DNA of 24,000 bases from Acidimicrobiia bacterium (GTDB lineage: Bacteria; Actinomycetota; Acidimicrobiia; IMCC26256; DASPTH01): NCBI GenBank assembly GCA_035623515.1, contig DASPTH010000140.1, positions 16,088 through 40,087 of the forward strand. The letters run 5' to 3'. Made by a program: the position numbers and the translations under genes. This document shows, one piece after another, positions 16,610 to 23,673 of the stretch. The notes under the pieces were generated by a model. The model saw nothing but the letters and a program-made list of their open reading frames with translations, ran no database searches and had not been told where the DNA came from. Position 1 is the first letter of the stretch. Each line of letters opens with the position of its first letter.

Positions 16610-18057
16610 ACACGGCGATCCGGCGGGTCGGGTACGCGATCACGGTGCTCATCATCGTGCTGGTCGGTCAGATCACCTATCTCCAGGTGGTCGACGCCAA
16701 TCACCTCGCGAACGACCCCAACAACATCCGCCGGTTCCTGCGCGACATCAACCGCCCCAGGGGCGAGATCCTGACGGCCGACGATCAGGTGGTGGCCCGG
16801 TCGATCGACACCGGCGGTGAGATCCGGTACCAGCGCGTGTACCCGCAAGCCGACCTGTTCGCGCAGATCAGCGGGTACCAGTCGGTCCTCGACGGCAACA
16901 CCGGCGTCGAGGCCAGCTACAACGCCGCCCTCACGGGGCGCGACACGGAGTTCAAGTTCGAGAACATCGTCCAAGGAAAGCCGAACACCGGCAACGTCGT
17001 GCTCGCGCAGTCACTGCCGGCGCAGACAGCCGCGCGCGACGCGCTGCAGGGACAGAAGGGTTCGGTGGTCGCAATCGACCCGCGCACCGGCGCGATCCTT
17101 GCGATGTACTCGAACCCCAGCTTCGACCCGAACCCACTCACCAACCACGACACCGCGAAGGCCAACCTCGCGTTCTTCCTCTTGAACAACGACACCGCGA
17201 AGCCCGCGCTCGCACGCTCCTACCGCGAGCGCTTCCCTCCTGGTTCGACGTTCAAGGTCGTGACGACCGCCGCCGCGCTCGACACCGGGATCGCGACGCC
17301 CGACACGACCTTCCCGTACTCCGCCCGGTTCCCGCTGCCCGGCACCACCACGGGCATCGGCAACTTCGGCGGCGGGAGTTGCGGCGGCGGCACCCTCGTC
17401 CAGAGCTTCCTCGAGTCGTGCAACGTGACGTTCGCCAAACTCGGCTACGACCTGGGCCCGAACTTCGTGCCGACGATGAACAACTGCGGTGTGGGCTCGG
17501 CGACGGCGCCAATCGCGCCGCCGCTCGACCTCGATCCCGGCGCGGCCGGCAGCATCGGGCCCGCGGCCGACGCCGAGCCGCCTCGGTTCGCACTCGCCGG
17601 GATCGGTCAGGGCGACGTGTTCGTCACACCCCTCGAGATGGCGCTCGTGGCGGCCGGGATCGCCAACGGGGGCGTGATCATGCAGCCGCACGTGGCGCAG
17701 TCCGTAACCGACTCCGACGGCAAGGTCGTCGACGAGATCAAGCCCCACGAGTGGAAGCGCTGCATGACGCCGGCGACGGCTTCCGCCCTCACCGACATGA
17801 TGGTGAAGAACGTCGAAGGCGGCACCGGCACACGCGCGCAGATCAACGGTGTGGCCGTGGCCGGGAAGACGGGAACCGCGCAGAACGAGTTGGGCGCGCC
17901 ACATGCGTGGTTCATCGCGTTCGCGCCGGCCGACAACCCCCGCGTCGCGGTCTCGGTCCTCGTCGAGAACGGTGGCATCGTCGGTGACGCCGCCACCGGC
18001 GGGGACCTCGCTGCTCCCATTGCCAAGCAAGTGCTCGAAGCGCTCCTCAACCAGTGA
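16606..18057 (+). CDS. pbpA: class B penicillin-binding protein (D,D-transpeptidase, PbpA type)
   Basis: Track ORF 16606..18057. The ATG start sits in an ATGA overlap with the rodA stop. N-terminal TM anchor. Motifs SxxK (GSTFK), SxN (SCN) and KTG (GKTGTA). Confidence 0.93.
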   Translation: MNTAIRRVGYAITVLIIVLVGQITYLQVVDANHLANDPNNIRRFLRDINRPRGEILTADDQVVARSIDTGGEIRYQRVYPQADLFAQISGYQSVLDGNTGVEASYNAALTGRDTEFKFENIVQGKPNTGNVVLAQSLPAQTAARDALQGQKGSVVAIDPRTGAILAMYSNPSFDPNPLTNHDTAKANLAFFLLNNDTAKPALARSYRERFPPGSTFKVVTTAAALDTGIATPDTTFPYSARFPLPGTTTGIGNFGGGSCGGGTLVQSFLESCNVTFAKLGYDLGPNFVPTMNNCGVGSATAPIAPPLDLDPGAAGSIGPAADAEPPRFALAGIGQGDVFVTPLEMALVAAGIANGGVIMQPHVAQSVTDSDGKVVDEIKPHEWKRCMTPATASALTDMMVKNVEGGTGTRAQINGVAVAGKTGTAQNELGAPHAWFIAFAPADNPRVAVSVLVENGGIVGDAATGGDLAAPIAKQVLEALLNQ

Positions 18058-18081
18058 TACTGATGCCCTCCGACTGACTCC

Positions 18082-18087
18082 TAGATT
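18082..18087 (+). promoter_or_regulatory. -10-like TAGATT in the only sizeable gap of the operon (pbpA-pknB, 40 nt)
   Basis: TAnnnT hexamer ending 10 nt before ATG 18098. No Shine-Dalgarno sequence precedes pknB. Confidence 0.25.
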
Positions 18088-18097
18088 GCACTGACCC

Positions 18098-19981
18098 ATG
18101 GCCACCGTCGCGCGTGTGCTCGCCAACCGCTACGAGCTCCGAACGGAGATCGGCCGCGGCGGGATGGCCGACGTCTACCTCGCGCTCGACCGGTTGCTGA
18201 ACCGCCGGGTCGCGGTGAAGGTGCTGTCGCCAGCGTTCGCGTCGGACCCCGCGTTCATCGAGCGGTTCCGGCGCGAGGCACAGGCGGCCGCCAGCCTGAG
18301 CCACCCGAACATCGTCGCCGTGTACGACTGGGGACGCGACGACGACACGTCGTTCATCGTCATGGAGTACGTGAACGGCCGCACGCTCCGCGACGTGCTG
18401 AAGCGCTACGGCTCGCTTCCACCGAGCGAGGCGGCTCGCATCACCGCCGATATCGCCGACGCGCTCGAGTTCGCGCACCAGAACGGCGTCGTGCACCGCG
18501 ACGTCAAGCCGGGGAACGTCCTGATCACGCCGGAAGGCGGGGTGAAGGTCACCGACTTCGGCATCGCGCGTTACGAGAGCAGCGAGAACCTCACGAAGAC
18601 CGGCGCCGTGCTCGGCACCGCCACCTACTTCTCACCCGAGCAGGCCCAGGGTCTGGAGCTCGACGGCCGCTCCGACGTGTACTCGCTCGGTGTCGTCCTC
18701 TACGAGATGACCACCGGTGTCGCGCCGTTCACTGCCGACAGCCCGGTCTCCGTCGCGTACAAGCACGTGCGCGAGGAGCCAGTGCCACCGTCGCAGATCG
18801 CGCGCGACGTGCCCGGCGCGCTCGACCGCATCGTGCTCACGTGCCTCACGAAGGACGTCGCCCTCCGCTACCAGTCTGCTCGCGAGTTGCGCGCCGACCT
18901 CCTGCGCTTCGAGCGCGGCCGCCCGCTGCGCGGCGGGCCGATGCCGGCCATCACCGCCGTGCCGGTAGCGGCCGCGGGCGCAGCGGCCGGGAGCGACGGG
19001 TCGAACGGCGCGCCCACACTCGTGGCCCCTGCACCTGCTCCGGTACCGGCTCCGGCATCTCCCCGGCGACCGAGGCGCTGGGGTGCCGCGATCGCGGTGG
19101 CGGTCGCCTTCGGCCTCCTGATCACGCTCATCGTCACGTTGCTCGTGCAGTCGAACTTCGGCAACGACGGGAAATCGGTCGTGACGGCAGTGGTGCCACC
19201 GGTCACCGGCCAATTGTTCGCGCAGGCGGAGGCCGCGCTCAAGCAGCAGTCGTTCAACGTGGTGCGCGTCGACAAGCAGAGCGACCAGGACGGCGACGTG
19301 GTGCTGTCGCAGTCACCGATCGCGGGCGTGAAGCTGCGCAAGGGAGGCACCGTCACGCTCGACGTGAGCAGCCCGACCGTACCGATGCCCTCCGTCGTGG
19401 GGAAGCAGCAGACCGACGCCGACGCCATCCTCCGGGGCGCCGGTTTCAAGGTTGCGTACGTGGAGCAGGACTCCGACCAACCGCCGGGCCTCGTGCTCGC
19501 CACCAGCCCGGCGGGCGGCGTGGCCGTCCCGAAGACCTTCCGGCTGGCGAGCGTCACCGTCGCGCGCGCGCCGTTGAAGACCGTGCCCGACGTGTCGAAC
19601 CTCGACACGGTCGCGGCGTCGTCGGCGATCGGCGCGGCCGGGCTCCAGGTGAGCCCCACGACCCAGTCGGCGCCGAGCGACACCGTTGCGGCCGGCAACG
19701 TAGCGGGCACCGACCCCGCGGCGAACACGCAAGTCCCTCCGAACACCTCGGTCACGCTCATCATCTCGAGCGGACCGGCGCAGGTCACGATCCCGAACGT
19801 CGTCGGCAGCCAGCGCGCCGACGCCGAGTCGGCGATCACGGGAGTCGGCTGCAGCGTCCGCGTCAGCTTCCAGGCGTCGGCACCGAACCAGCAGGGCTAC
19901 GTGCTCGCCCAGTCGCCGACGGGCGGCACGAGCCAGCACTGCGACGCCAACACCTACGTCGACATCCTGGTGGGCACCTGA
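18098..19981 (+). CDS. pknB: transmembrane Ser/Thr protein kinase with four extracellular PASTA domains
   Basis: Track ORF 18098..19981. Hanks kinase motifs: GRGGMADVY, VAVK, HRDVKPGNVLI, DFGIA, SPEQA. A single TM (AAIAVAVAFGLLITLIVTLLV) is followed by four PASTA-like repeats of about 65 aa. Confidence 0.95.
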   Translation: MATVARVLANRYELRTEIGRGGMADVYLALDRLLNRRVAVKVLSPAFASDPAFIERFRREAQAAASLSHPNIVAVYDWGRDDDTSFIVMEYVNGRTLRDVLKRYGSLPPSEAARITADIADALEFAHQNGVVHRDVKPGNVLITPEGGVKVTDFGIARYESSENLTKTGAVLGTATYFSPEQAQGLELDGRSDVYSLGVVLYEMTTGVAPFTADSPVSVAYKHVREEPVPPSQIARDVPGALDRIVLTCLTKDVALRYQSARELRADLLRFERGRPLRGGPMPAITAVPVAAAGAAAGSDGSNGAPTLVAPAPAPVPAPASPRRPRRWGAAIAVAVAFGLLITLIVTLLVQSNFGNDGKSVVTAVVPPVTGQLFAQAEAALKQQSFNVVRVDKQSDQDGDVVLSQSPIAGVKLRKGGTVTLDVSSPTVPMPSVVGKQQTDADAILRGAGFKVAYVEQDSDQPPGLVLATSPAGGVAVPKTFRLASVTVARAPLKTVPDVSNLDTVAASSAIGAAGLQVSPTTQSAPSDTVAAGNVAGTDPAANTQVPPNTSVTLIISSGPAQVTIPNVVGSQRADAESAITGVGCSVRVSFQASAPNQQGYVLAQSPTGGTSQHCDANTYVDILVGT

Positions 19982-20751
19982 CGCTCGAGGCCTGGTATCG
20001 GGCGCACGGACGCCACGGGTTGCCGTGGCGCGCGACGCGCGACCGGTGGGCCGTACTCGTGTCGGAGACGATGTTGCACCAGACGCAGGTCGCGCGCGTC
20101 GCCGGCGTGTACGACGGCTTCCTCGCGCAGTTCCCGACGCCATCGGCGATGGCCGCGGCCGGTCCCGGCGCGGTGATCGTGGCGTGGGGCCGGCTCGGTT
20201 ACCCGCGGCGGGCCCGGCGCTTGTGGGAGGCCGCGGTCGTGATCGACGCGCGCGGGTGGCCGGCCGACCTCACCGACCTCCCCGGTGTGGGCCGGTACAC
20301 CGCGGCGGCGGTCCGGGCCCAGTCCGACGGCGTCGACGCGCCTGCCCTGGACGTGAACGTGCGGCGGGTCGTCGAACGCGTACGCGGCGAACGCCTCACC
20401 GACGCGCAGGGGGAACGCGCGATGGTCGTGATCGGGAAGCCGCTCCGCGGGCGCGACCGCCTGCTCGCGCTCATGGACGTGGGCGCGCTGCTCTGCCGTC
20501 CTCGCGAGCCCCGGTGCGGCGAGTGTCCTCTCCGCCGGCGGTGCGCGGCGCGGGCGCCGCTCCCGCACGAGCGGCGGGCCCGGCAGGCTCCGTTCGCGGG
20601 CAGTTTCCGTGAGCGCCGCGGGCGCGTGATGGCACGCGTCCGCGAGGGCGCGGTTCCCGTCGAGCACCTCGACGCCGACGCGTTGGCGTCGCTCGTCGCC
20701 GACGGCCTCGCGGTGCTCGAGCACGGCTCGGCGCGACTACCGGACCTCTAG
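19978..20751 (+). CDS. mutY: MutY-type adenine DNA glycosylase (HhH-GPD superfamily, short actinobacterial form without a canonical NUDIX-like domain)
   Basis: C-terminal part of track ORF 18841..20751: LEAWYRAHGRHGLPWR..RDRWAVLVSETMLHQTQV. HhH motif LPGVGRYTAAAV, with Tyr (not Lys) at the Nth-Lys120 / MutY-Ser120 position. Catalytic Asp in LMDVGALLC. 4Fe-4S loop C-x6-C-x2-C-x5-C (CRPREPRCGECPLRRRC). No ATG or GTG precedes the conserved N-terminus. The listed start is CTG 19978; the alternative is TTG 20020. Confidence 0.75.
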   Translation: MTLEAWYRAHGRHGLPWRATRDRWAVLVSETMLHQTQVARVAGVYDGFLAQFPTPSAMAAAGPGAVIVAWGRLGYPRRARRLWEAAVVIDARGWPADLTDLPGVGRYTAAAVRAQSDGVDAPALDVNVRRVVERVRGERLTDAQGERAMVVIGKPLRGRDRLLALMDVGALLCRPREPRCGECPLRRRCAARAPLPHERRARQAPFAGSFRERRGRVMARVREGAVPVEHLDADALASLVADGLAVLEHGSARLPDL

Positions 20752-21350
20752 ATCGGCACGCGATCCGGGTACAGGAAGTTGCCGAGCAGCCGGTGGCCGT
20801 GCTCGGTGAGGATCGACTCGGGATGGAACTGCACGCCCTCGACCGGCAGATCTCGATGCCGGAGCCCCATCACGAGACCGTCCTCCGACTCGGCGCTCAC
20901 CTCGAGCGCGTCGGGCACCGAGTCGCGGTCGACGACGAGTGAGTGGTATCGGGTTGCCGTGAACGGGCTCGGGACGTCGCGGAACACGCCCTTGCCGTCG
21001 TGGGCGATCTGCGACGTCTTGCCGTGCATCACCGCCGGCGCACGCACGACATCACCGCCGTAGAGCTTGCCGATGCACTGGTGGCCGAGGCACACGCCGA
21101 GCACGGGAACGCCGGCGTCGCCGAACACCCTGATGGCGTCGTTCGACACCCCGGCGTCCTCCGGATGCGTTCCGGGATCGCCGGGGCCGGGCGACACGAG
21201 GACGGCGTCGGGCTCGAGCGCGACGAGCGCGTCGATCGGGAGCGCGTCGTGGCGATGCACGACGGGGTCGGCGCCGAGCTCCCCGAGGTACTGGACGAGG
21301 TTGTAGACGAACGAGTCGTAGTTGTCGATGACAAGCACCCGCGGCGCCAC
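20748..21350 (-). CDS. trpG: glutamine amidotransferase component of anthranilate / aminodeoxychorismate synthase (TrpG/PabA)
   Basis: Track ORF 20748..21350(-), GTG start. Class-I GATase triad context: GVCLGHQCIG, VQFHPES. The N-terminus is VLVIDNYDSFVYNLVQYLGELG. In the M. tuberculosis layout as I recall it, trpG also lies beside pknB and crgA. Confidence 0.93.
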   Translation of the reverse strand: MAPRVLVIDNYDSFVYNLVQYLGELGADPVVHRHDALPIDALVALEPDAVLVSPGPGDPGTHPEDAGVSNDAIRVFGDAGVPVLGVCLGHQCIGKLYGGDVVRAPAVMHGKTSQIAHDGKGVFRDVPSPFTATRYHSLVVDRDSVPDALEVSAESEDGLVMGLRHRDLPVEGVQFHPESILTEHGHRLLGNFLYPDRVPI

Positions 21351-21356
21351 GGGCGC

Positions 21357-21396
21357 AACGTACCGGACCCGCTCGTCGCCGGCCGCGGGTTATCGT
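21357..21396. promoter_or_regulatory. divergent -10 hexamers for leaderless trpG (minus, TACGTT = rc of 21357-21362) and leaderless crgA (plus, TATCGT 21391-21396)
   Basis: Both match TAnnnT. Each ends 6-7 nt before the first base of its start codon (GTG at 21350 on minus; ATG at 21404 on plus). Neither gene has a Shine-Dalgarno sequence. Confidence 0.35.
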
Positions 21397-21403
21397 CGCC
21401 GTC

Positions 21404-21637
21404 ATGCCGCAGTCGAAGAGCAAGCGGTCGCGCTACACGCCGCCGGCGCCCAAGAAGGCGCCGCCGAGCAAGCTGTGGGTGCCGGCGACGATGTTCACCT
21501 GCCTGGTCCTCGGCGTGGTGGTGATCGGCGGCAACTACCTCCAACTCCTCCCGGGCGGCGAAGCGAGCAACAACTTCCTGATCATCGGCCTCGTGCTGCT
21601 GGTCGCCGGATTCGTGCTGTCGACCTTCTACCGGTAA
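21404..21637 (+). CDS. crgA: cell division protein CrgA
   Basis: Track ORF 21404..21637. 77 aa with a basic N-terminus (MPQSKSKRSRYTPPAPKK) and two TM helices. Size, topology and position next to trpG/pknB match CrgA. Confidence 0.88.
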   Translation: MPQSKSKRSRYTPPAPKKAPPSKLWVPATMFTCLVLGVVVIGGNYLQLLPGGEASNNFLIIGLVLLVAGFVLSTFYR

Positions 21638-21656
21638 GGGCCGTTTGTCCGAACGC

Positions 21657-21705
21657 CAACCGTGTGATTTCGCACAGGGTTGTCCACAGGCGGTGGAGAA
21701 CCGCC
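21657..21705. terminator. two adjacent hairpins between convergent crgA and the small TM protein gene
   Basis: First: CAACCGTGTG-ATTTCG-CACAGGGTTG (21657-21682, 10-bp stem with one mismatch). Second: GGCGG-TGGAGAA-CCGCC (21689-21705). Confidence 0.3.
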
Positions 21706-21718
21706 GGAGCGGCGCTGG

Positions 21719-21970
21719 TCAGTCGGGCACGAGGACCATGTCTTCGCGGCAGTGGCGCGGCGCCTCGGGTGCGTCGTCCTGCGCGGCCGTCATCGTGACC
21801 TCGGCACCGCACACCGCGCACCGGAACCTCAGGTGCACGGGCTGGATGGAGTCGGGGTCGGGCTCCTCGGGCGGCGGCACCTTGAACTTGCGGAGCATGG
21901 ACGCGCCGATGACGTAGAGCGTGACACCGGCCGCGAGCGCGACCACCACGCGCAAGATCCATCCGAGCAT
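21719..21970 (-). CDS. small membrane-anchored protein with a C-terminal CxxC...HC putative metal-binding knuckle (hypothetical)
   Basis: Track ORF 21719..21970(-). ATG start with GGAG 4 nt upstream. N-terminal TM (ILRVVVALAAGVTLYVIGASML), Pro/Glu linker, then LRFRCAVCGAEVTM...PRHCREDM. High GC3. Confidence 0.6.
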   Translation of the reverse strand: MLGWILRVVVALAAGVTLYVIGASMLRKFKVPPPEEPDPDSIQPVHLRFRCAVCGAEVTMTAAQDDAPEAPRHCREDMVLVPD

Positions 21971-22003
21971 GCGGCTCCATGGTCGCGCGCCGGGTGGCGC
22001 TCG

Positions 22004-23155
22004 CTACACGCGCTCGATGATCGCGGCATTGGCCATGCCGCCGCCCTCGCACATCGTCTGCAGGCCGAAGCGACCGCCCGTCCGTTCGAGCTCGTGCAGC
22101 AGCGTCGTCGCGAGCCGGGCGCCCGAGCACCCGAGCGGGTGACCCAGCGCGATGGCACCGCCGTTCACGTTGACCCGCGCCATGTTCGGGTGCACCTCCC
22201 GCGCCCACGCCAGCACGACGCTCGCGAACGCCTCGTTGATCTCGACCAGGTCGATGTCGTCGAGCGAGAGCTTGGCCCGCTCGAGCACCTTGGCCGTCGC
22301 GGAGATCGGGGCGGTGAGCATGAGCACGGGATCGTCACCGGCGAGCGCGAACGAGTGGAAGCGGGCCCGCGGTCTGAGGCCGAGCCGGCTTGCCGCCTCC
22401 TCACTCGTGACGAGGACGGCCGCGGCCCCGTCGGTGATCTGTGACGAGTTGCCCGCGGTCACGACCCCGTCGGGCTTGAACGCGGGCTTCAGCCGCGCGA
22501 GCTGCTCGGGGGACGTGTCACGGCGGATGCCTTCGTCGGTCAGGAGCCAGCGCGACGTGTCGTCGGTCGACGGCACAGCCACGATCTCACGCTCGAAGCG
22601 CCCTTCGGCAGTCGCGCGCGCCGCACGCCGGTGGGATTCGAGCGCGAGCGTGTCGAGCTCCTCCCGGCCGAGGCTCCACTTCTCGGCGATCAGCTCCGCC
22701 GACAATCCCTGAGGCACGAGGCCGGGGTAGCGCTCGTGGACCTCGGGCCCGAAGGGATCACGTCCGGGGAGGAGGGTCGAACCCATCGGCACCCTCGTCA
22801 TGCTCTCCACGCCCGCAGCCACGACCACGTCGTACGCGCCGGCCATCACACCCTGGGCCGCGAAGTGGAACGCCTGCTGTGACGACCCGCACTGCCGATC
22901 GATCGACGTGCCCGGCACGGAGTCCGGGTAGCCCGCCGCCAGCGCGGCGTTGCGGCCGACGTTGAGGGCCTGTTCGCCGACCTGCGACACGCAGCCCATG
23001 ATCACGTCGTCGACCACCGCAGGGTCGAGGTCGTTGCGCTCCACGAGCGCGCGCAGCACGTGCGCGGCGAGATCGACGGGATGCCATCCCGCGAGCATCC
23101 CGTTCCGGCGCCCGAGCGGCGTACGGATGGCGTCGACGATCACGGCCGTGGTCAT
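22004..23155 (-). CDS. acetyl-CoA C-acyltransferase (thiolase)
   Basis: Last 383 codons of track ORF 22004..23767(-), from ATG 23153-23155 (MTTAVIVDAIRTPLGRRNG...). Active-site Cys in SIDRQCGSSQQA. C-terminal NVNGGAIALGHPLGCSGARL and MCEGGGMANA. Confidence 0.93.
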   Translation of the reverse strand: MTTAVIVDAIRTPLGRRNGMLAGWHPVDLAAHVLRALVERNDLDPAVVDDVIMGCVSQVGEQALNVGRNAALAAGYPDSVPGTSIDRQCGSSQQAFHFAAQGVMAGAYDVVVAAGVESMTRVPMGSTLLPGRDPFGPEVHERYPGLVPQGLSAELIAEKWSLGREELDTLALESHRRAARATAEGRFEREIVAVPSTDDTSRWLLTDEGIRRDTSPEQLARLKPAFKPDGVVTAGNSSQITDGAAAVLVTSEEAASRLGLRPRARFHSFALAGDDPVLMLTAPISATAKVLERAKLSLDDIDLVEINEAFASVVLAWAREVHPNMARVNVNGGAIALGHPLGCSGARLATTLLHELERTGGRFGLQTMCEGGGMANAAIIERV

Positions 23156-23161
23156 GGCACG

Positions 23162-23176
23162 AGCGTTGTCTAGCGT
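23162..23176. promoter_or_regulatory. divergent -10-like hexamers for leaderless thiolase (minus, AACGCT = rc of 23162-23167) and PaaI thioesterase (plus, TAGCGT 23171-23176)
   Basis: The intergenic gap is only 27 nt. TAGCGT ends exactly 7 nt before the A of ATG 23183, and AACGCT ends 7 nt before the A of ATG 23155. Confidence 0.3.
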
Positions 23177-23182
23177 TCCCGC

Positions 23183-23599
23183 ATGCGCAACCTCGACAAG
23201 TCGCTCGGTGACGGTGGGATGCCATTGCTCGCGCAACTCGGCCTGTCGTTCGAGCGGTACGGCGAGGGCTGGGCCGAAGCCGTGTGGACGCCGACCGAGT
23301 CGGCGTGCAACCCGAGGGGTCCGGTGCACGGTGGCGTGTACGCAGTGGTGCACGACGCAGCGATGAACTTCGCCGCCAACAGCGCGCTCGAGTCGGGGGA
23401 CCGCGCCGCCACGCTCGACGTCTCGTACCAGGTCCGTCAGGGCGCGTCCGCAGGCCAGGAGCTGGCGGTGCGGGGTGAGGTCGTGCAGCTCAGCCGGACG
23501 GTCGCCTACGTCGAGTCGCTCGTCACGGATGCCGCCACCGGCGGGATCGTGTCGCGGGCGATGTCGACCTTCGCCGTGCGCCGCGCCGAACGCTCCTGA
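23183..23599 (+). CDS. PaaI-family hotdog-fold thioesterase
   Basis: Track ORF 23183..23599. GPVHGGVYAVVHDAAMNFA matches the PaaI 'uncharacterised domain 1' signature. Typical length of about 138 aa. Confidence 0.8.
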   Translation: MRNLDKSLGDGGMPLLAQLGLSFERYGEGWAEAVWTPTESACNPRGPVHGGVYAVVHDAAMNFAANSALESGDRAATLDVSYQVRQGASAGQELAVRGEVVQLSRTVAYVESLVTDAATGGIVSRAMSTFAVRRAERS

Positions 23600-23673
23600 C
23601 CCGCTGGACCGTGCGCGGACCGAAGCGGCCGATGGGGAGCGCGGCGGGCAGCGGCCAATACGATCGCCCGCAC

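Noticed and set aside
12554-20724. Long antisense or alternative-frame ORFs across the fhaA-pknB-mutY locus (e.g. 12554..13882, 13818..15263, 14896..16245, 15935..16603, 17011..18126, 18868..19839, 19313..20143, 19954..20724, and 18841..19977 of the 636-aa ORF)
   Set aside because: These are shadow ORFs of high-GC coding DNA. No domain-like sequence is present, whereas the sense frames carry complete FHA, PP2C, SEDS, PBP, kinase/PASTA and HhH-GPD motifs.
21662-21676. CRP/FNR-type site (TGTGA-N6-TCACA) in GTGTGATTTCGCACA
   Set aside because: The half-sites are spaced as TGTG-N6-CACA (14 bp) rather than the 16-bp consensus. The element lies between two convergent 3' ends, where a terminator hairpin is the simpler explanation.
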